The notes: generated by a model not told the origin, from the sequence alone. 63,826 nucleotides of DNA, filler included, from Octopus bimaculoides (GCF_001194135.2; 4 parts of 4 records of this genome joined end to end with filler, not necessarily neighbours in it); one strand, 5' to 3'; shown: positions 25,632 through 39,440, counted from the first letter of the whole stretch. Program-made: numbers and translations.

Positions 25632-27582
25632 GTATATATCTATGTATTCCACTAGATTACCCTAAACTCTAGTTAAACACATTGTTCTTATGAATACAGG
25701 TTCCAGTATCATTTGAATGTCAGCACTAAAGAGTGTTCTCAATAAAGGACATTCACGAAACACTGAGTAGTGTCAGAGTAATTTTATCATTACAATAAGC
25801 AATTACATCCTTTTCCATCTTACTCGTAAAATCAAACGCATGTATACGCAGACAAAAGTGTACACTTATACACATACACACACACTTATACACGCACACA
25901 CATGCATACATATAATATTCTTTTACTTGTTTCAGTCATTTGACTGCATCCTGTCAGTCGAAGAAATCGAGCCCAGGACTTAGTCTTAGTAAGCCTGGTA
26001 CCTATTCTACCGTTCTCTTATTCTGAAGCGCTAAGTCACGGGGGCGTAAGTACGCTAACATCTTTTGTCAAGTGATGGTGGAAGGACAAACACAGACACA
26101 CGCACAAATATATATATATATATANNNNNNNNNNNNNNNNNNNNNNNNNNNNNNNNNNNNNNNNNNNNNNNNNNNNNNNNNNNNNNNNNNNNNNNNNNNN
26201 NNNNNNNNNNNNNNNNNNNNNNNNNNNNNNNNNNNNNNNNNNNNNNNNNNNNNNNNNNNNNNNNNNNNNNNNNNNNNNNNNNNNNNNNNNNNNNNNNNNN
26301 NNNNNNNNNNNNNNNNNNNNNNNNNNNNNNNNNNNNNNNNNNNNNNNNNNNNNNNNNNNNNNNNNNNNNNNNNNNNNNNNNNNNNNNNNNNNNNNNNNNN
26401 NNNNNNNNNNNNNNNNNNNNNNNNNNNNNNNNNNNNNNNNNNNNNNNNNNNNNNNNNNNNNNNNNNNNNNNNNNNNNNNNNNNNNNNNNNNNNNNNNNNN
26501 NNNNNNNNNNNNNNNNNNNNNNNNNNNNNNNNNNNNNNNNNNNNNNNNNNNNNNNNNNNNNNNNNNNNNNNNNNNNNNNNNNNNNNNNNNNNNNNNNNNN
26601 NNNNNNNNNNNNNNNNNNNNNNNNNNNNNNNNNNNNNNNNNNNNNNNNNNNNNNNNNNNNNNNTATATATATTGATATATATACACACACATATGGACAC
26701 ATCTCAGCATATATATATATATATATATATACACATTTATACATGTACGTGTATGTCTATACACATATGTTTGTATGTTTGTATGTAATATATAGGCTTT
26801 CATTCGCTTTAATATTTGAATTTCTGTTGGTTCGATTGAAGCCAATGGACTTTGGTTCGTAACAAAGAAATGTAATGGATTATGTTATTAAATATTCCAG
26901 TTAGATAAAAATAAATACTTTGGGATCAAATCCGAAACTTGTTACGATTTTTATTGAAAAACTTTTTTTCGCGCAAATGAGAGTTAATTTATTAATTTAT
27001 TCGGCGCCATCTATAATGAATAACATTAGTATATTCATCAAATTATTCACTGGAGCAGGAAATTCAAAAAGAAACATAAAGGGTAGAAAAAGCAAACATC
27101 GATAGCATCAAAAACGCTCTTCTAGAAATTATATAAATGCAAGTTATTTTCTCCTCTTGTCATATTAATAGAATGGAGAAGAAAATCTATGGGAGAAAAA
27201 GAATAACAAAAAAAAATGATTTGTATTATATCACTTGTGCTTAACCGGATCAAACAATGAGACAAAAGCTGAGGTTGGACCTATAGGAAAGCTCTTCAAC
27301 AAGGTATTAATATTAATCATAACAATTATCTACTTCAATGATACCTTTTATTAAATATTTCATTGATTGTTGAGTCGAAAGTCCATTCAATGTAATCTTC
27401 ACTCCTTGCTTGATTCGTTTCAGAAATATAAATAATGATATTGAAAGAGAGAGACGCATTGTTTACATAGCTAACCTTTGGATAGCAATGCAGTATATAT
27501 GCATGCATATATTAATGGATACCCGAGCAAATAGATACATGTATATGTATGTATGTAAATATGTATATATATATATATATAT

Positions 27583-27682
27583 NNNNNNNNNNNNNNNNNN
27601 NNNNNNNNNNNNNNNNNNNNNNNNNNTTAATTAATTAANNNNNNNNNNNNNNNNNNNNNNNNNNNNNNNNNNNNNNNNNNNN
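27583..27682. other. Artificial scaffold linker, 44 N + TTAATTAATTAA + 44 N
   Basis: Exactly 100 bp; the palindromic 12-mer (27627-27638) has stops in all six frames. Confidence 0.95.
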
Positions 27683-27785
27683 TTCATTCCTTGCGAGCTT
27701 ACGTATGTTCTCAGCAGTTACAGCCCATGTTTCACTGCCATGTAGCATGGTTGTTCGTACGCATGCGTCATACAGTCTGCCTTTT
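27683..27785 (-). mobile_element. RTE-clade LINE RT C-terminal fragment
   Basis: Minus strand KGRLYDACVRTTMLHGSETWAVTAENIRKLARNE (YGSETW-type motif), truncated by the linker. Confidence 0.75.
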
Positions 27786-27975
27786 ATATATATGTATGTA
27801 TATATGTATGTATGTATGTATGTATGTTATATATGACAGACCAACCTGAGTTTCATCCTTGGCTGTTTAAAAATGTATATATAACAGATGTATCTGAATC
27901 CTGATCACTCAGTATAGGGAATTCTTTATCAGATATTATTGTATACTTTACAACTCCTACATTATGATATGTGTG

Positions 27976-28010
<35 letters not shown>

Positions 28011-28229
28011 CTGTGTGTATACACATACACACACACATGTTTGTGCACATATTTATTATTGTCTATCTATTCATCTAGTCACACACACACATGCTAATCT
28101 TTAAGAAGAATACTGTTGACAGTGACTTTGAAGTTTTGACCTGCTTTGCTAAAGAAAGCAAAGAGTAATCCTTCAATTTAATGTAAACTGGTTTTAATAT
28201 AACTCAACATAAAAATAAAACATTAATAC

Positions 28230-28375
28230 TTACCTACCTACCTACCCACCTACCTACCTACCTACTTACCTACCTACCTACCTACTTACCTACCTACCTA
28301 CCTACCTACTTACTTACCTACCTACCTACCTATCTACCTACCTACCTACCTACCTACCTACATACATACATACAT
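28230..28375. repeat. (CTAC)n/(CATA)n tetranucleotide tract
   Basis: Directly visible. Confidence 0.95.
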
Positions 28376-28399
28376 GAGTGCATGCATGTGTATATAGGT

Positions 28400-28437
<38 letters not shown>

Positions 28438-28684
28438 CTTACAAAACTGACTTTATCCTACCACTTTGAATCCTTCCTCTTCCTCATCCCTCATACCCTC
28501 CTACCATCTGTTATCTATGTTTATCATCTTCTTTTCTTCATTTAACCCCCACTCAACATTCTTCTCTTGGCCTAAATATATAAGGGGCTGCATTTGGACC
28601 ATCCCTTTCCTTACCTTCTCAATACACCTCTAGCTTCACCCTTCTTATGTTAGTCCTGCATATCGCCTACCCCATCTATATTGT

Positions 28685-28896
28685 TTTCTACTCTAGGCAC
28701 AAGGCCTGAAATTTTGGGGTAGGGAGTCAGTCGATTAGACCAATCCCAGTATGCAACTGGTACTTAATTTATCGACCCTGAAAGGATGAAAGGCAAAGTC
28801 AACCTTGGTGGAATTTGAACTCAGAACGTAAAGACAGACGAAATACCACTAAGCATTTCACCCGGCGTGCTAACATTTTTGCCAGCTCACCACCTT
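28685..28896 (-). mobile_element. Family-A SINE with heavy CpG decay
   Basis: gtcaaccttggtgg versus gtcgacctcggcgg, and ctcaccacc versus ctcgccgcc. Confidence 0.8.
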
Positions 28897-29562
28897 CCTA
28901 CCCCATTTATATTGCTACCCAACAAACACCTGCTCTTGCCCTTTTCTTTTTTTTACCAGTACCTGCCCTAAACATCATCATTAGCATGCCTTCCTGTCAT
29001 TTCTCCTCATCTCATTCATTCACTGCTCCCTCCTTACATACCTCTATGGAGATGGCATGGTTGCAACTGAAATGCTTTTAATCATAAGTGTGTCTGCTAA
29101 ATCTCAGCCATTTGACCTGGGGCTATAAAACAACAGCTACACAACTGTCAGCACTATAATTATATACAGAGTAAAGATAACTAGAGCATAAACCACACAC
29201 AATAAACATAGATATTTAGCAAAGCTATTAACGTCCTTACTTACACTTTATTTATATTCACAGCACTTGAAACATGTGCTGAATAGAACTGAGTAGAATG
29301 AATCAACAGCTTAAGATATTTCATCATAAATTAGTCGACTGGACTTTCTTCTTATAATTCTTTGCTACTTTTAACATTTATTATTTAATGTCCCTTTATG
29401 TACTGAATAAAATTAGAAACAAAAATATCAAATTCAGTGTCTAGTGAAAATATACTTCTTGATATCTGCTTGGAAATTAAAATAACTTACATGTAATATA
29501 TGCCATGAATAATTTTCCATGATTGTTTTTGAGGAATCCTGACTCTTACCTGTTATTGTACA

Positions 29563-30761
29563 TACATGCATGCATACATACATACATACATACATACATA
29601 CATACATACATACATGCATACATACATACATAAATGCATGCATGCATACATATCTACACACATACATACATACATACACACATACATACACACATACATA
29701 CACACACACACATACATACATACATGCATGCATGCATACATACATACACCCATAGATNNNNNNNNNNNNNNNNNNNNNNNNNNNNNNNNNNNNNNNNNNN
29801 NNNNNNNNNNNNNNNNNNNNNNNNNNNNNNNNNNNNNNNNNNNNNNNNNNNNNNNNNNNNNNNNNNNNNNNNNNNNNNNNNNNNNNNNNNNNNNNNNNNN
29901 NNNNNNNNNNNNNNNNNNNNNNNNNNNNNNNNNNNNNNNNNNNNNNNNNNNNNNNNNNNNNNNNNNNNNNNNNNNNNNNNNNNNNNNNNNNNNNNNNNNN
30001 NNNNNNNNNNNNNNNNNNNNNNNNNNNNNNNNNNNNNNNNNNNNNNNNNNNNNNNNACATACATACATACATACATACATAATACATGCATAAATAGATA
30101 GATGCATACATAATTACATACATACATACACACATGATATATGCATACACACATACATACACACATACATACATACATCCATACATACACACATACATAC
30201 ATACATACATACATACATACATTTTAATTGTTAAAGTGGAAAATGACAAATACCTTTGCTTGGCTATGAAGGAGTTTTTCATGGCCATTAGGCCTGCTAC
30301 AAACAATAGCCAAATCTCCTTCAAACTCCACCATGATATCTTAGCATAACCACACACATTGTATAATATGGTTATGGGTGCACTTTACCTGGGTAAAAGA
30401 TGTGACAGCCAAAGCTGGAATACTTTTGGTCATAGGTCTAACTTGTCAGGGTTGACCTGGGCTAAACAAAAAGCAAATTCCTTTGCAATTAGTTCACTGA
30501 CCAGGCATGAATTAGTACATTTCTCAGAGGTACGAGACATCCTTAAAACCTGCACTTATGGAATGTTACACGAGAAACTTAAAATCATGCTATGACATGT
30601 AGTAGCAGTACACTTGACAGAGATTAATCCAGTTTCAGAACTACACAGCAATGATATTCCTTAAGATAGATGATAAACTGCAGCAAATAACCATTGCTTA
30701 TTTCAAGATTTTAAAGAAATATAGAACTCTCACTGCCAGTGACAGACTCTTTCATTTTTTG

Positions 30762-30828
<67 letters not shown>

Positions 30829-31240
30829 CATGCACACACACACATGCATGCATGCACACATGCATGCACACATGCATGCACACATGCATGCACACACACA
30901 CACATGCATGCACACACACATGCATGCATGCACACACACACACACACACACATGCATGCACACACATGCNNNNNNNNNNNNNNNNNNNNNNNNNNNNNNN
31001 NNNNNNNNNNNNNNNNNNNNNNNNNNNNNNNNNNNNNNNNNNNNNNNNNNNNNNNNNNNNNNNNNNNNNNNNNNNNNNNNNNNNNNNNNNNNNNNNNNNN
31101 NNNNNNNNNNNNNNNNNNNNNNNNNNNNNNNNNNNNNNNNNNNNNNNNNNNNNNNNNNNNNNNNNNNNNNNNNNNNNNNNNNNNNNNNNNNNNNNNNNNN
31201 NNNNNNNNNNNNNNNNNNNNNNNCACACACACACACACAC
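29563..31240. repeat. (CATA)n, (CT)n, (CA)n and (CATG)n tracts around two gaps
   Basis: Directly visible in 29563-30220 and 30762-31240, with unique sequence between. Confidence 0.9.
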
Positions 31241-31244
31241 ACTC

Positions 31245-31430
31245 AGACGGTATTTCGTCTGCCCGCTACGTTCTGAGTTCAAATTCCACCGAGGTCGACT
31301 TTGCCTTTCAACCTTTCGGGGTCGATTAAATAAGTACCAGTTACGCACTGGGGTCGATATAACCGATTTAATCCGTTTGTCTGTCCTTGTTTGTCCCCTC
31401 TGTGTGTAGCCCCTTGTGGGTAGTAAAGAA
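31245..31430 (+). mobile_element. Family-A SINE, young copy
   Basis: Near-identical to 46290-46473(-); CpGs largely retained. Confidence 0.85.
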
Positions 31431-32036
31431 ATAACACACACACTCAGACACAGACACTGACAGTGTTGCAATATATGCACCTGAATGATAAGTGTTAAAT
31501 TACTTGGTCCTTTATGAGTAGAATAATCCATCAAACAGATACCAGCTGTATTAATTTCAACAACTGGAGGAATGCATACTGTTGTAGCATTTATGCTTTC
31601 TCCAATGTTATTAGGAGACTGTATGAAATATCCATACCCTTAGATTTTAACTCAGTTCACACCGTTTCCCCACAACAATTTGCCATCAATGATGATATAG
31701 CACTTTTATATTAAAGTGCTGTAATTCTAAATTTGGAATGTTATGAAGAAGCATTAATTATGCATTAATTGACATTAGATAATATCTTGCTTGTTAGGGA
31801 GTAGCAAAATCTGCATGAAACCAATTCTGACAATACTTACAGCAGAAAGCATTCCTGTGTTAAAGATCAGGCATCTGCTGAATATGTTTCCTAAATGCTA
31901 ATGATGAGCAAGATAAATGATAACTATCAATTTAAAATGTATGCTCTAATTTACAGTTAAACTTATGATCTTTGCGTAATTTAATCATAATATGATTAGA
32001 AAATAAATGCTTAATTTACTGCATTGCCAGCTTTCC

Positions 32037-32355
32037 TCAAGAAGTATGGCCTAGATGCTACAGGTTTCCCTTACCTGCTTAAGCCAGCGGGACTAGACTG
32101 AGGGGACAGTAAAAAGCCTGATGGTATGACACTTTTCCCATTCCGTGATGGTAGGCACCTCATCTGGGATGCCACATGCTGTGACTCCTTCTCCAGCAGC
32201 AACTTGGTGTGTTCAAATGCCAGCTCAGACTCCACTGCTTGTCAAGCTGAGAAAAGCAAACTGTCAAAGTATTGGCTGATCTCTGACAGTTTCGTGGTTG
32301 AGCCTGTGGCAGTGAGGAACACCAGTGTTCTTAGTTCCCACACCATATCCCTACT
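32037..32355 (+). mobile_element. CRE-like non-LTR retrotransposon RLE domain fragment, decayed
   Basis: [45 protein letters not shown]...AEKSKLSKY matches the PDG...WD.T...AE..K..KY restriction-like endonuclease pattern. Confidence 0.7.
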
Positions 32356-33815
32356 CACACCTGACGTGACACATGGTGACCAGCTGGTAATTGTGGTTCA
32401 ATACTGTTATAATGGAAAGCCCTGTGAGAGATTTTTAGCATTTTTGCCAATAGAAAACCATTCATCTACAACCTTGTTCAACAAAATAACACAATCTCTG
32501 GGGAAGCATAAGCTTTCACTTGAAAATATCCGTACTTCCAGTATGAAGGGCTTGGAGAAAGGGCTGCAAGCACTTCTTAAAACCATTAATAGGCATGCAG
32601 ACTATGCACCATGTGTAAGCCATTCACTCAACCTTGTTGGAGAAAAGTGTCTATTGTACCTGAAGTTATTGACTATTTTGACATATTGTAGCAGCTGTAT
32701 GTTTTTTTTTTCTCAATCTCCTTGAAGATGGGGGATTTAAAATACACAGGGCAATCTAGCCTTTTCTCTAAAGAGCTTAAGTGTAACTAGATGGTCTTCA
32801 CACTATGAAGCAGTCTGAGAAATTAAAAATGGATATAGGGATATTTTATAAACTCTCAAACAAACGTTTGAAGACTCAGAAGAGAAGCCTAAATGTAAGC
32901 GAGATGCAAGGAATTTATATCACAAGTTGATAAAATTGGAATATGCTGTTTTAACATCATTTGGGGAGAAGTTATGGAGCGTTTTAACAAAACAAGTAAG
33001 AAACACCAGACCCTGGTTTTGATGTATTTGAAGGTTACCTTCTGCTAGCATGTTTGCTGCTTTCATTTGTTAAAGAACTGTGAGATAATTCAGCCAACAG
33101 GATTGCATACTATGAATCAGTAGCAAAAGGTTTATGTGAATATAACACCTTAAATTATTCTGATGTTTCCAAACACATTGTTACAAAGAAATTTGCAGAT
33201 GGAAAAAATGATAAGGCTTCTTTAAAAGGGGTTGAAAAATTTAGCATAGAAGTTCTAAATCAATTTCATGACTGCTTGAAAATTCAGTTAAGAAAGAGGA
33301 TGGAGCCATATGAGCAGATTGAGAAAAGGTTCAAGTTTCTATCAGAACTGGTGAACAATTCAGAATTTGATGAGGAGAGTATCAAACTTATATCGCATTA
33401 CAAAGACGATATCGACCTCAGATTAATAAATGTTATCAGTTCAAAGAGTATTTATACCTTAGGAAATCATTAAACACAGAAGAAAACACACCATCTAAAA
33501 TGCAATGCACAGAAGCTCTTCAGCTTAGTTATTAATTGAAGTGTTCCCTAATATTACCACTGCACTTAAGCTGTACTTGTCAATGCCTATCAAGAGCTGT
33601 GAAGCAGAAAAGAATATCTCAATGCTTTCCTTTATGAAGAATAAATTTCTGTCTACCATGACTGAAGAGTNNNNNNNNNNTCTGTCTACCATGACTAAAG
33701 AGTGCTTAAATTCGTTATATATATTGTCTCTAGAAAATGACATTGCAAGGAAGCTCTCATATGACAAAACTGTAAGGGAAGACTTTGCTATAATAAAAAA
33801 AAAAACCAAAAGAGT
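32356..33815 (+). mobile_element. hAT (Tip100/ZMYM1-like) transposase pseudogene
   Basis: TPDVTHGDQL...ERFLAF...PCVSHSLNLVG, LKSLSVTRWS, and C-terminal dimerisation domain FPNITTALKLYLSMPIKSCEAEK...STM...LSLENDI. It has stops and frameshifts, and the GQxYDxA catalytic segment is deleted. Confidence 0.88.
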
Positions 33816-34547
33816 ATTTTGTAATTTTCATATGTATCTTAAATATAAGATTAATATTAGATTATACTGACTGTGGTATTTGTTGTGTTTTATGTCTTTA
33901 TTCTATGATGCATCATATATGTATATGATGCTTCTCTTATTTTCAACCCCCGTAACTATAAAAGTATAAGGCATAGCCTGGAAAATATTTGTTCACATCA
34001 GTGACTTTGAGAATCGCAATCCGAAATGTAGTGCTTAAATTTGTAAAGAAAATTGTGGTGTTCTGCCATGGAACAACCACACCGACAAAGATATCGGTGA
34101 TTACCCACACCTTGTTTCTAGTGGAAAGAGGGCTCACTGTCAGAATCATCTTTAAGGACTCCACATCACAACTTCACCATTTGGGCTATCAGGGCCTCAA
34201 GGCAAGAGTTCCTTGCAAGGGTAAGAAAATTCTTTGACCCTTCTTGGATGTTATCCTACTGTCGCTGGTTGTATTGGGCCCCCCACCCCATAATATTTTA
34301 AGCTTCAAGAAGTAACAAACAACAACACATCTATATACATGCCCACCTCGTGTGTTCCTAGACCAGACCTTTTTTCCTATATTTTTTCTCCTCTATCTTT
34401 TCTTCTTTCCTCAACTCCTTCCAACCCCTATATAATTATAATGCTGGTTGAGAGTCTTTCATTTCAGTTTGAAATTCAAAAAATGAAACAAGTGTCATTT
34501 TGTGTTGAGTGGGTATTGTATTTTGCTTATTTTACTATGCAGTTAGT

Positions 34548-34850
34548 GATAAAGGTGGCTTAGTGGTAAGGTGTTGCACTCATGATTGCAAGATTGTGGG
34601 TTTGATTCCCAGACTGGGCAGTGTGTTTGTGTTCTGGAACAACAAACATCATCTCATGTTGCTCTTCGATCACTCCAACATCTGGCATGTGGTACACCAT
34701 GCACCTGTACAGGTAATGTCAATTTGATGGAGGGAGTGAGATAATGAGCAGGACAAACATTTCACCACCGTGAATAAACATCTATGCAGGTTGTTCAGTA
34801 AGAAATTGCAGAACTGTCTTACTTTGACTTGAGAGATTATCCTTAATTAT
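34548..34850 (+). mobile_element. Family-B SINE, CpG-decayed
   Basis: A-box-like TGGCTTAGTGG and B-box-like GTTTGATTCC; body homologous to 24720-24990. Confidence 0.65.
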
Positions 34851-36214
34851 TATGCAATTATTCAAATATCAAGTGTAAATGGCTGCAGGTAGCTGGTATC
34901 ATAATAATGTAGTCTTAAATAAATACACTATTCCTGAAATAATGATGGTTTGGTCGTAGTTTGATTGATTACTTTTGATCATAGGTTGGCTTAATCGAAC
35001 TGACCTGGGATTGAACAAGAATGATAGAGTACCTGGACAGCCAGTTCAAGCACTTTGTTTATTATGTAACGAATCTGTTTAATCACTATATATATATTTT
35101 CTGTTTATTTTTCTGTTTTCTGCTTTTGTTTTTCAATTTCCATTTTCAGCATTTCTTCAAAGTAACATTGGTTATATGGAATACTAACCAAATACACTTA
35201 TTCAAGCACACACACATGCATGCATGCCCACATACACACATGCACACAAATGTAGAGCACTGCCCATCAACTGTAGACAGGGACCGTTGCTTCAGGCTAA
35301 CTATCAAGTCAGTCCACAAAGAGGTGGCTTCCATTTAGGCAGTAAAAGAGACAGTGGGGGGGGGGGTTAAGCTGGCCAATTATACTATCCCTCACAGTGC
35401 AAATGATTTAAGCAGAATAAACAATACTTTGCCATACTCTTGTTTATGATTATTTTTATGTATAGTTTAACAAAGTTATACAAACCTACACACACACACA
35501 CACACACACATGTACACACACATACACATGTTATAATGCCTTTAAATCTATTGCAAAAACTGGATTATTCCTTGTGTTCTTGTACCATTCCTTCATTTAA
35601 TGTACTCTTAAATGGTTTTAACTGATCGAGATCAATTTGTCCAGCAGCAATATTGCTACTTCTTTAGTTTCAAAGCCTTTTCAAATTAATATCTACTGAG
35701 TATTGATCTTGCATATTTAGGATGAAAAGAACAGATTTACAATCATTAGATTCTTTGATAAACATCTGTAAATTCTCCGTTCCAAAGTTCTTCTTTGGTT
35801 GTCTTAGTGTAAATTTCACCAATATCCAGAAATGAAAGTTTGATAGTCTAAAGGAAGCAACTGACCTTTAAAATTAGATTTAACCTGTAATACTTTTACA
35901 ATAGATTAAAAGGATTATAAAGAAAGAGAAGACAATCAAATTAGAGGTGATTAATGAGTTCATCTCACTTTAGCTGCAGCAAATGAGACAAAATGATGGA
36001 AAAGAATACAGCTGCTTTAGAAAGTTATTGAGTGTCTTAGTCTATCCCACTTTTATAGAAAGAGAGAAGTTGATAATAAATAAACTAACACTGGATGCTG
36101 ACGATGGTGAAATTGAGGAGGAGGAATGATTGTGGTGATGAATTTAATAATGATTTCATAAATTATTATTAAATTCTTGATGATTACTGATATTTATGAT
36201 TATGCACTGTATAT

Positions 36215-36482
36215 GACCTATGGAAGTATACAAGGACCAACTCAAAGCATCTCTGAAAGCCAATGGAATTGAGCCTAAATCATTTGAAACAAAAACTCAA
36301 GACTGTACCAAGCGGTAGTGTTCCATCACCACTAGAACCAAAAATTTTGAAGCCACCAGAATAGAAAGAGAAGAAATCAAATGACAGAAGAGAAAGGTTC
36401 TCCACCAACATTACCATGCAGTCAATGCCGTCTACTTTTCTATGCAAGAATTGGTCTACAGAGTCATCAACGCCATCATCAT
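36215..36482 (+). mobile_element. RTE-clade LINE ORF C-terminus with C2H2-like motif, decayed
   Basis: YKDQLKASLKANGIEPKSFE...PTLPCSQCRLLFYARIGLQSHQRHH matches the BovB/RTE-type YKD.LK.SL and C..C...F.ARIGL.SH.R.H tail. Confidence 0.75.
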
Positions 36483-36711
36483 AAAGGAAGCGTTCAGCAA
36501 AGAAAAAACTTAAATCTCGGATACGAGATATATCTTAATGAAGATGGTAAAAAGAAAGAAGACAGAAATCTCCTGGCAATGCACTTGAAATATAAAGATT
36601 TTATTAAACTTTCCACATTGTCAGAAGTTTTCTATTTTCTCTCTTTTTGCCTTCTTTGATATTACAATGCTTCAAGCAAACTACAGTGCTCATATATCTT
36701 AATATTTTCTT

Positions 36712-37130
36712 ATGTATAAAGCAGTGAGTTGGTAGAATCATTAGCATGTTGATCAAAATGCTTAGCTGCATTTCAGAACAACTTTGCCTTTCATTCTTTT
36801 GGGGGCCAATAAAACAGTACCAGCTGAGCACTGGGGTTGACGTAATTGACTTACCTCTCTCCTGAAATTGTTAGCCTTGTGCCAGAATTTGAAATCAATA
36901 TTTCCCTTCTGTATAAGGCAGTGAGTTGTCAGAGTTGCCAGCATGTCAGGCAAAATGCTTAACAGCATTTTGTCCATCTTTACATTCTGATCTCAAATGC
37001 TACCGAGATTTACCTTGCCTTTCATCCTTCCAGAGTTGATAATAAAATAAGTACCAGTTGCATACTAGGGTTGATGTAATCAACTAAGACCCTGGAAACT
37101 GCTGGCCTGCTACCAAAATCTGAAACCAAT
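36712..37130 (+). mobile_element. Two tandem family-A SINEs, CpG-decayed
   Basis: Two heads (ggcagtgagttgg/gtcag..gttagcatg) and two cores in direct tandem. Confidence 0.75.
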
Positions 37131-37659
37131 ATTTTTTTTTAGCCTTTTATATCTTTTATCATTTATCTTCTGTGAAGGCACGTAGCCTAGCAGTTAGGCT
37201 GTTGCATTCATGATTGATAGATTGTGGGTTCAATTCCCTGATTGGGCGGCATGCTGTGTTCTTGAACAAAACACTTCTTTTCAGGTTGCTCCAGTTCTCT
37301 TTTCAATCGGTGGGAATGTTGGCCTGCTTGCCTAGCCAGTAGGGTGGCATAGTTTGAAGGCTGAAACAATGCAAAAAGCACATTGTGACCAGAGATGTGT
37401 AACAACATCTGATTACTTGGTCAGTCACGGTCATGTGATCATTTATCGTTTACTTGTTCCAGTCACTAGACTGTAGCCATGCTGGGGCACCGTCTTGAAA
37501 GATTTTAGTTGAACGGATCAACCCCAATATTTATATTTTTTAAGTCTGGTACTTATTCTATTTGTCTATTTGTCTATTTTGCTAAACCTCTAGGTTACAG
37601 GGATGTTAACACACCAACACTGGTTGTCAAATGGGGGTGATGGCAAACACAGAGACAAA

Positions 37660-37711
<52 letters not shown>

Positions 37712-38856
37712 TATACTACAGAATTCTTTCAGTTTCTATCTACCAAATCCACACACAAGGTGGTGCTGGTGGTGGTGATATCTCAAGTTTGAACTAACTG
37801 CCAATCACTATGTGTGCTAAGAGTGAACCCGCAAACCCTTTATCACAACATATGAAGTTCAATATAGTTACTTACGTAGAACACTTTTAGGTTCATGTTT
37901 TATGGCTAAACTTGTCTAATTCACTTTTCATTCTTTGAAATTTACCTGACAGCATTTAAAAGTTGTTTTTTTTTTCTGTATAATATTGGTTTCTATGCAT
38001 AAGTATCTTTCTATCAATACATAAATGAAAAAAAAACGTTGATGGAAAATATTAAGTATAACAAGTAAACTTACTTACTCTTACTTTTTATTCGCTTTTC
38101 TATCTCAGATTAGCTTTGACACATTTACTTTACCAAATTCCTCATTCTTTGGAAAGCCTTCCTCAAAATGGCATATTGGATAATGTTAAGCATGACAATT
38201 AAACTTACTGACACCTTTTATTCATTCTTTCAACTCAGAATAGCTCTAACACACTTAATTTCTCAAATTCTTGTTCTTTGGAAAGAAATCTTCCTCAAAC
38301 ATGAAGAAAAATATCAGAAGAATAGATAAAGATATTGAAATCAATGCAAGTTTCAATATATTTATCATAGTTGCAATAAAAACTCAACCTTATCCTAGGT
38401 GTTCAAATGTGTGGCATGAAGGTTAGGGTGTTTAGCTCATAATCATAATGTCATGGGTTCAATTCCTGGTGCAGATGGTACATAGTGTCCTTGAGCAAGG
38501 AATATCATTTCACATTGCTCCAGTCTACTCAATTGTAATGATTACCAGCCAAGTGTTGGTGCAGGTTTGTCATCCTCCAGCCGTCGCATCCTGGATATTT
38601 CTCTGGATCAAGAGTAAATGATTGAGATGATGTACATACTTGTTTGTGACTACATAGGTACCTGAAGCAATTTGTGTAAGTTTGGTACATGTTACCCTAC
38701 CATATTTACTCATGAATGATGGTTAGCTGCATTGTACTGTGTTCATCACACTCAAAATGTCATTATTCTAACCTTATATACTGCTCTTATTTATAAGATG
38801 TTGGGGAATTTCATGGGCAAAGTCATTATAATCATTATTTTGAATACTGAATACAT

Positions 38857-39176
38857 TGGTACAAGGACAAAATCCCTCAGACACCTCCCCCCGATAAGAT
38901 CCACCCCCAGACAAAATACCACTGGACAAAATCCCCACTGGCAGCCAATATCCCCTGGGATATTGTTCTTTCTTTACAACAAGAATATTTTAGGAAAGTG
39001 AAATTTTGTTAAAATATTTCAAATATTCATTTGCTGATATTTCTGCATTAAATTTGTTCAAAGGGATTTTGTCCTTGGGGGATTTTGTCTTTGGGGGATT
39101 TTGTCCTTGGGGGATTTTGTCCTTGGGGGATTTTGTCCTTGGGGGATTTCATCCTTGAGGGATTTTGTCCAGACAC
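38857..39176. mobile_element. Mutator-like MITE with GGACAAAATCC subterminal repeats
   Basis: Left end has ggacaaaatcc copies; right end has about 7 tandem gggattttgtccttg units in the opposite orientation. Flanking direct repeat tgaatacat at 38848-38856 and 39177-39185 (extendable to 11 bp) fits the 9-11 bp MULE TSD. Confidence 0.6.
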
Positions 39177-39224
39177 TGAATACATCTAATTAGTAAAGTT
39201 GATTTTAATATTCTAAGTACATTT

Positions 39225-39440
39225 AAGGTGGCTAGCTGACAGAATTGTTAGAATGCTGGGCAAAATGCTTAGTGGCATTTCATTCGACTTTACATTCTGA
39301 GTTCAAATTCCACTGAGGTCGACTTTACCTTTCATCTTTTTGAGGTCGATAAAATAAGTAGCAGTTGAGCACTGGGGTTAATGTAACTGACTTACTCCCT
39401 CTCCCAAACTTACTAGCCTTGTGCCAAAATTTGAAACCAA
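39225..39440 (+). mobile_element. Family-A SINE, CpG-decayed
   Basis: Full head-to-tail match to the family. Confidence 0.8.

Noticed and set aside
33641-33700. Direct repeat tctgtctaccatgact.aagagt on both sides of a 10-N gap
   Set aside because: Typical overlap of contig ends or haplotypes; assembly artefact.
39061-39170. Regular short repeats that might be taken for a CRISPR array
   Set aside because: Units abut with no unique spacers, the context is eukaryotic, and there are no cas genes.
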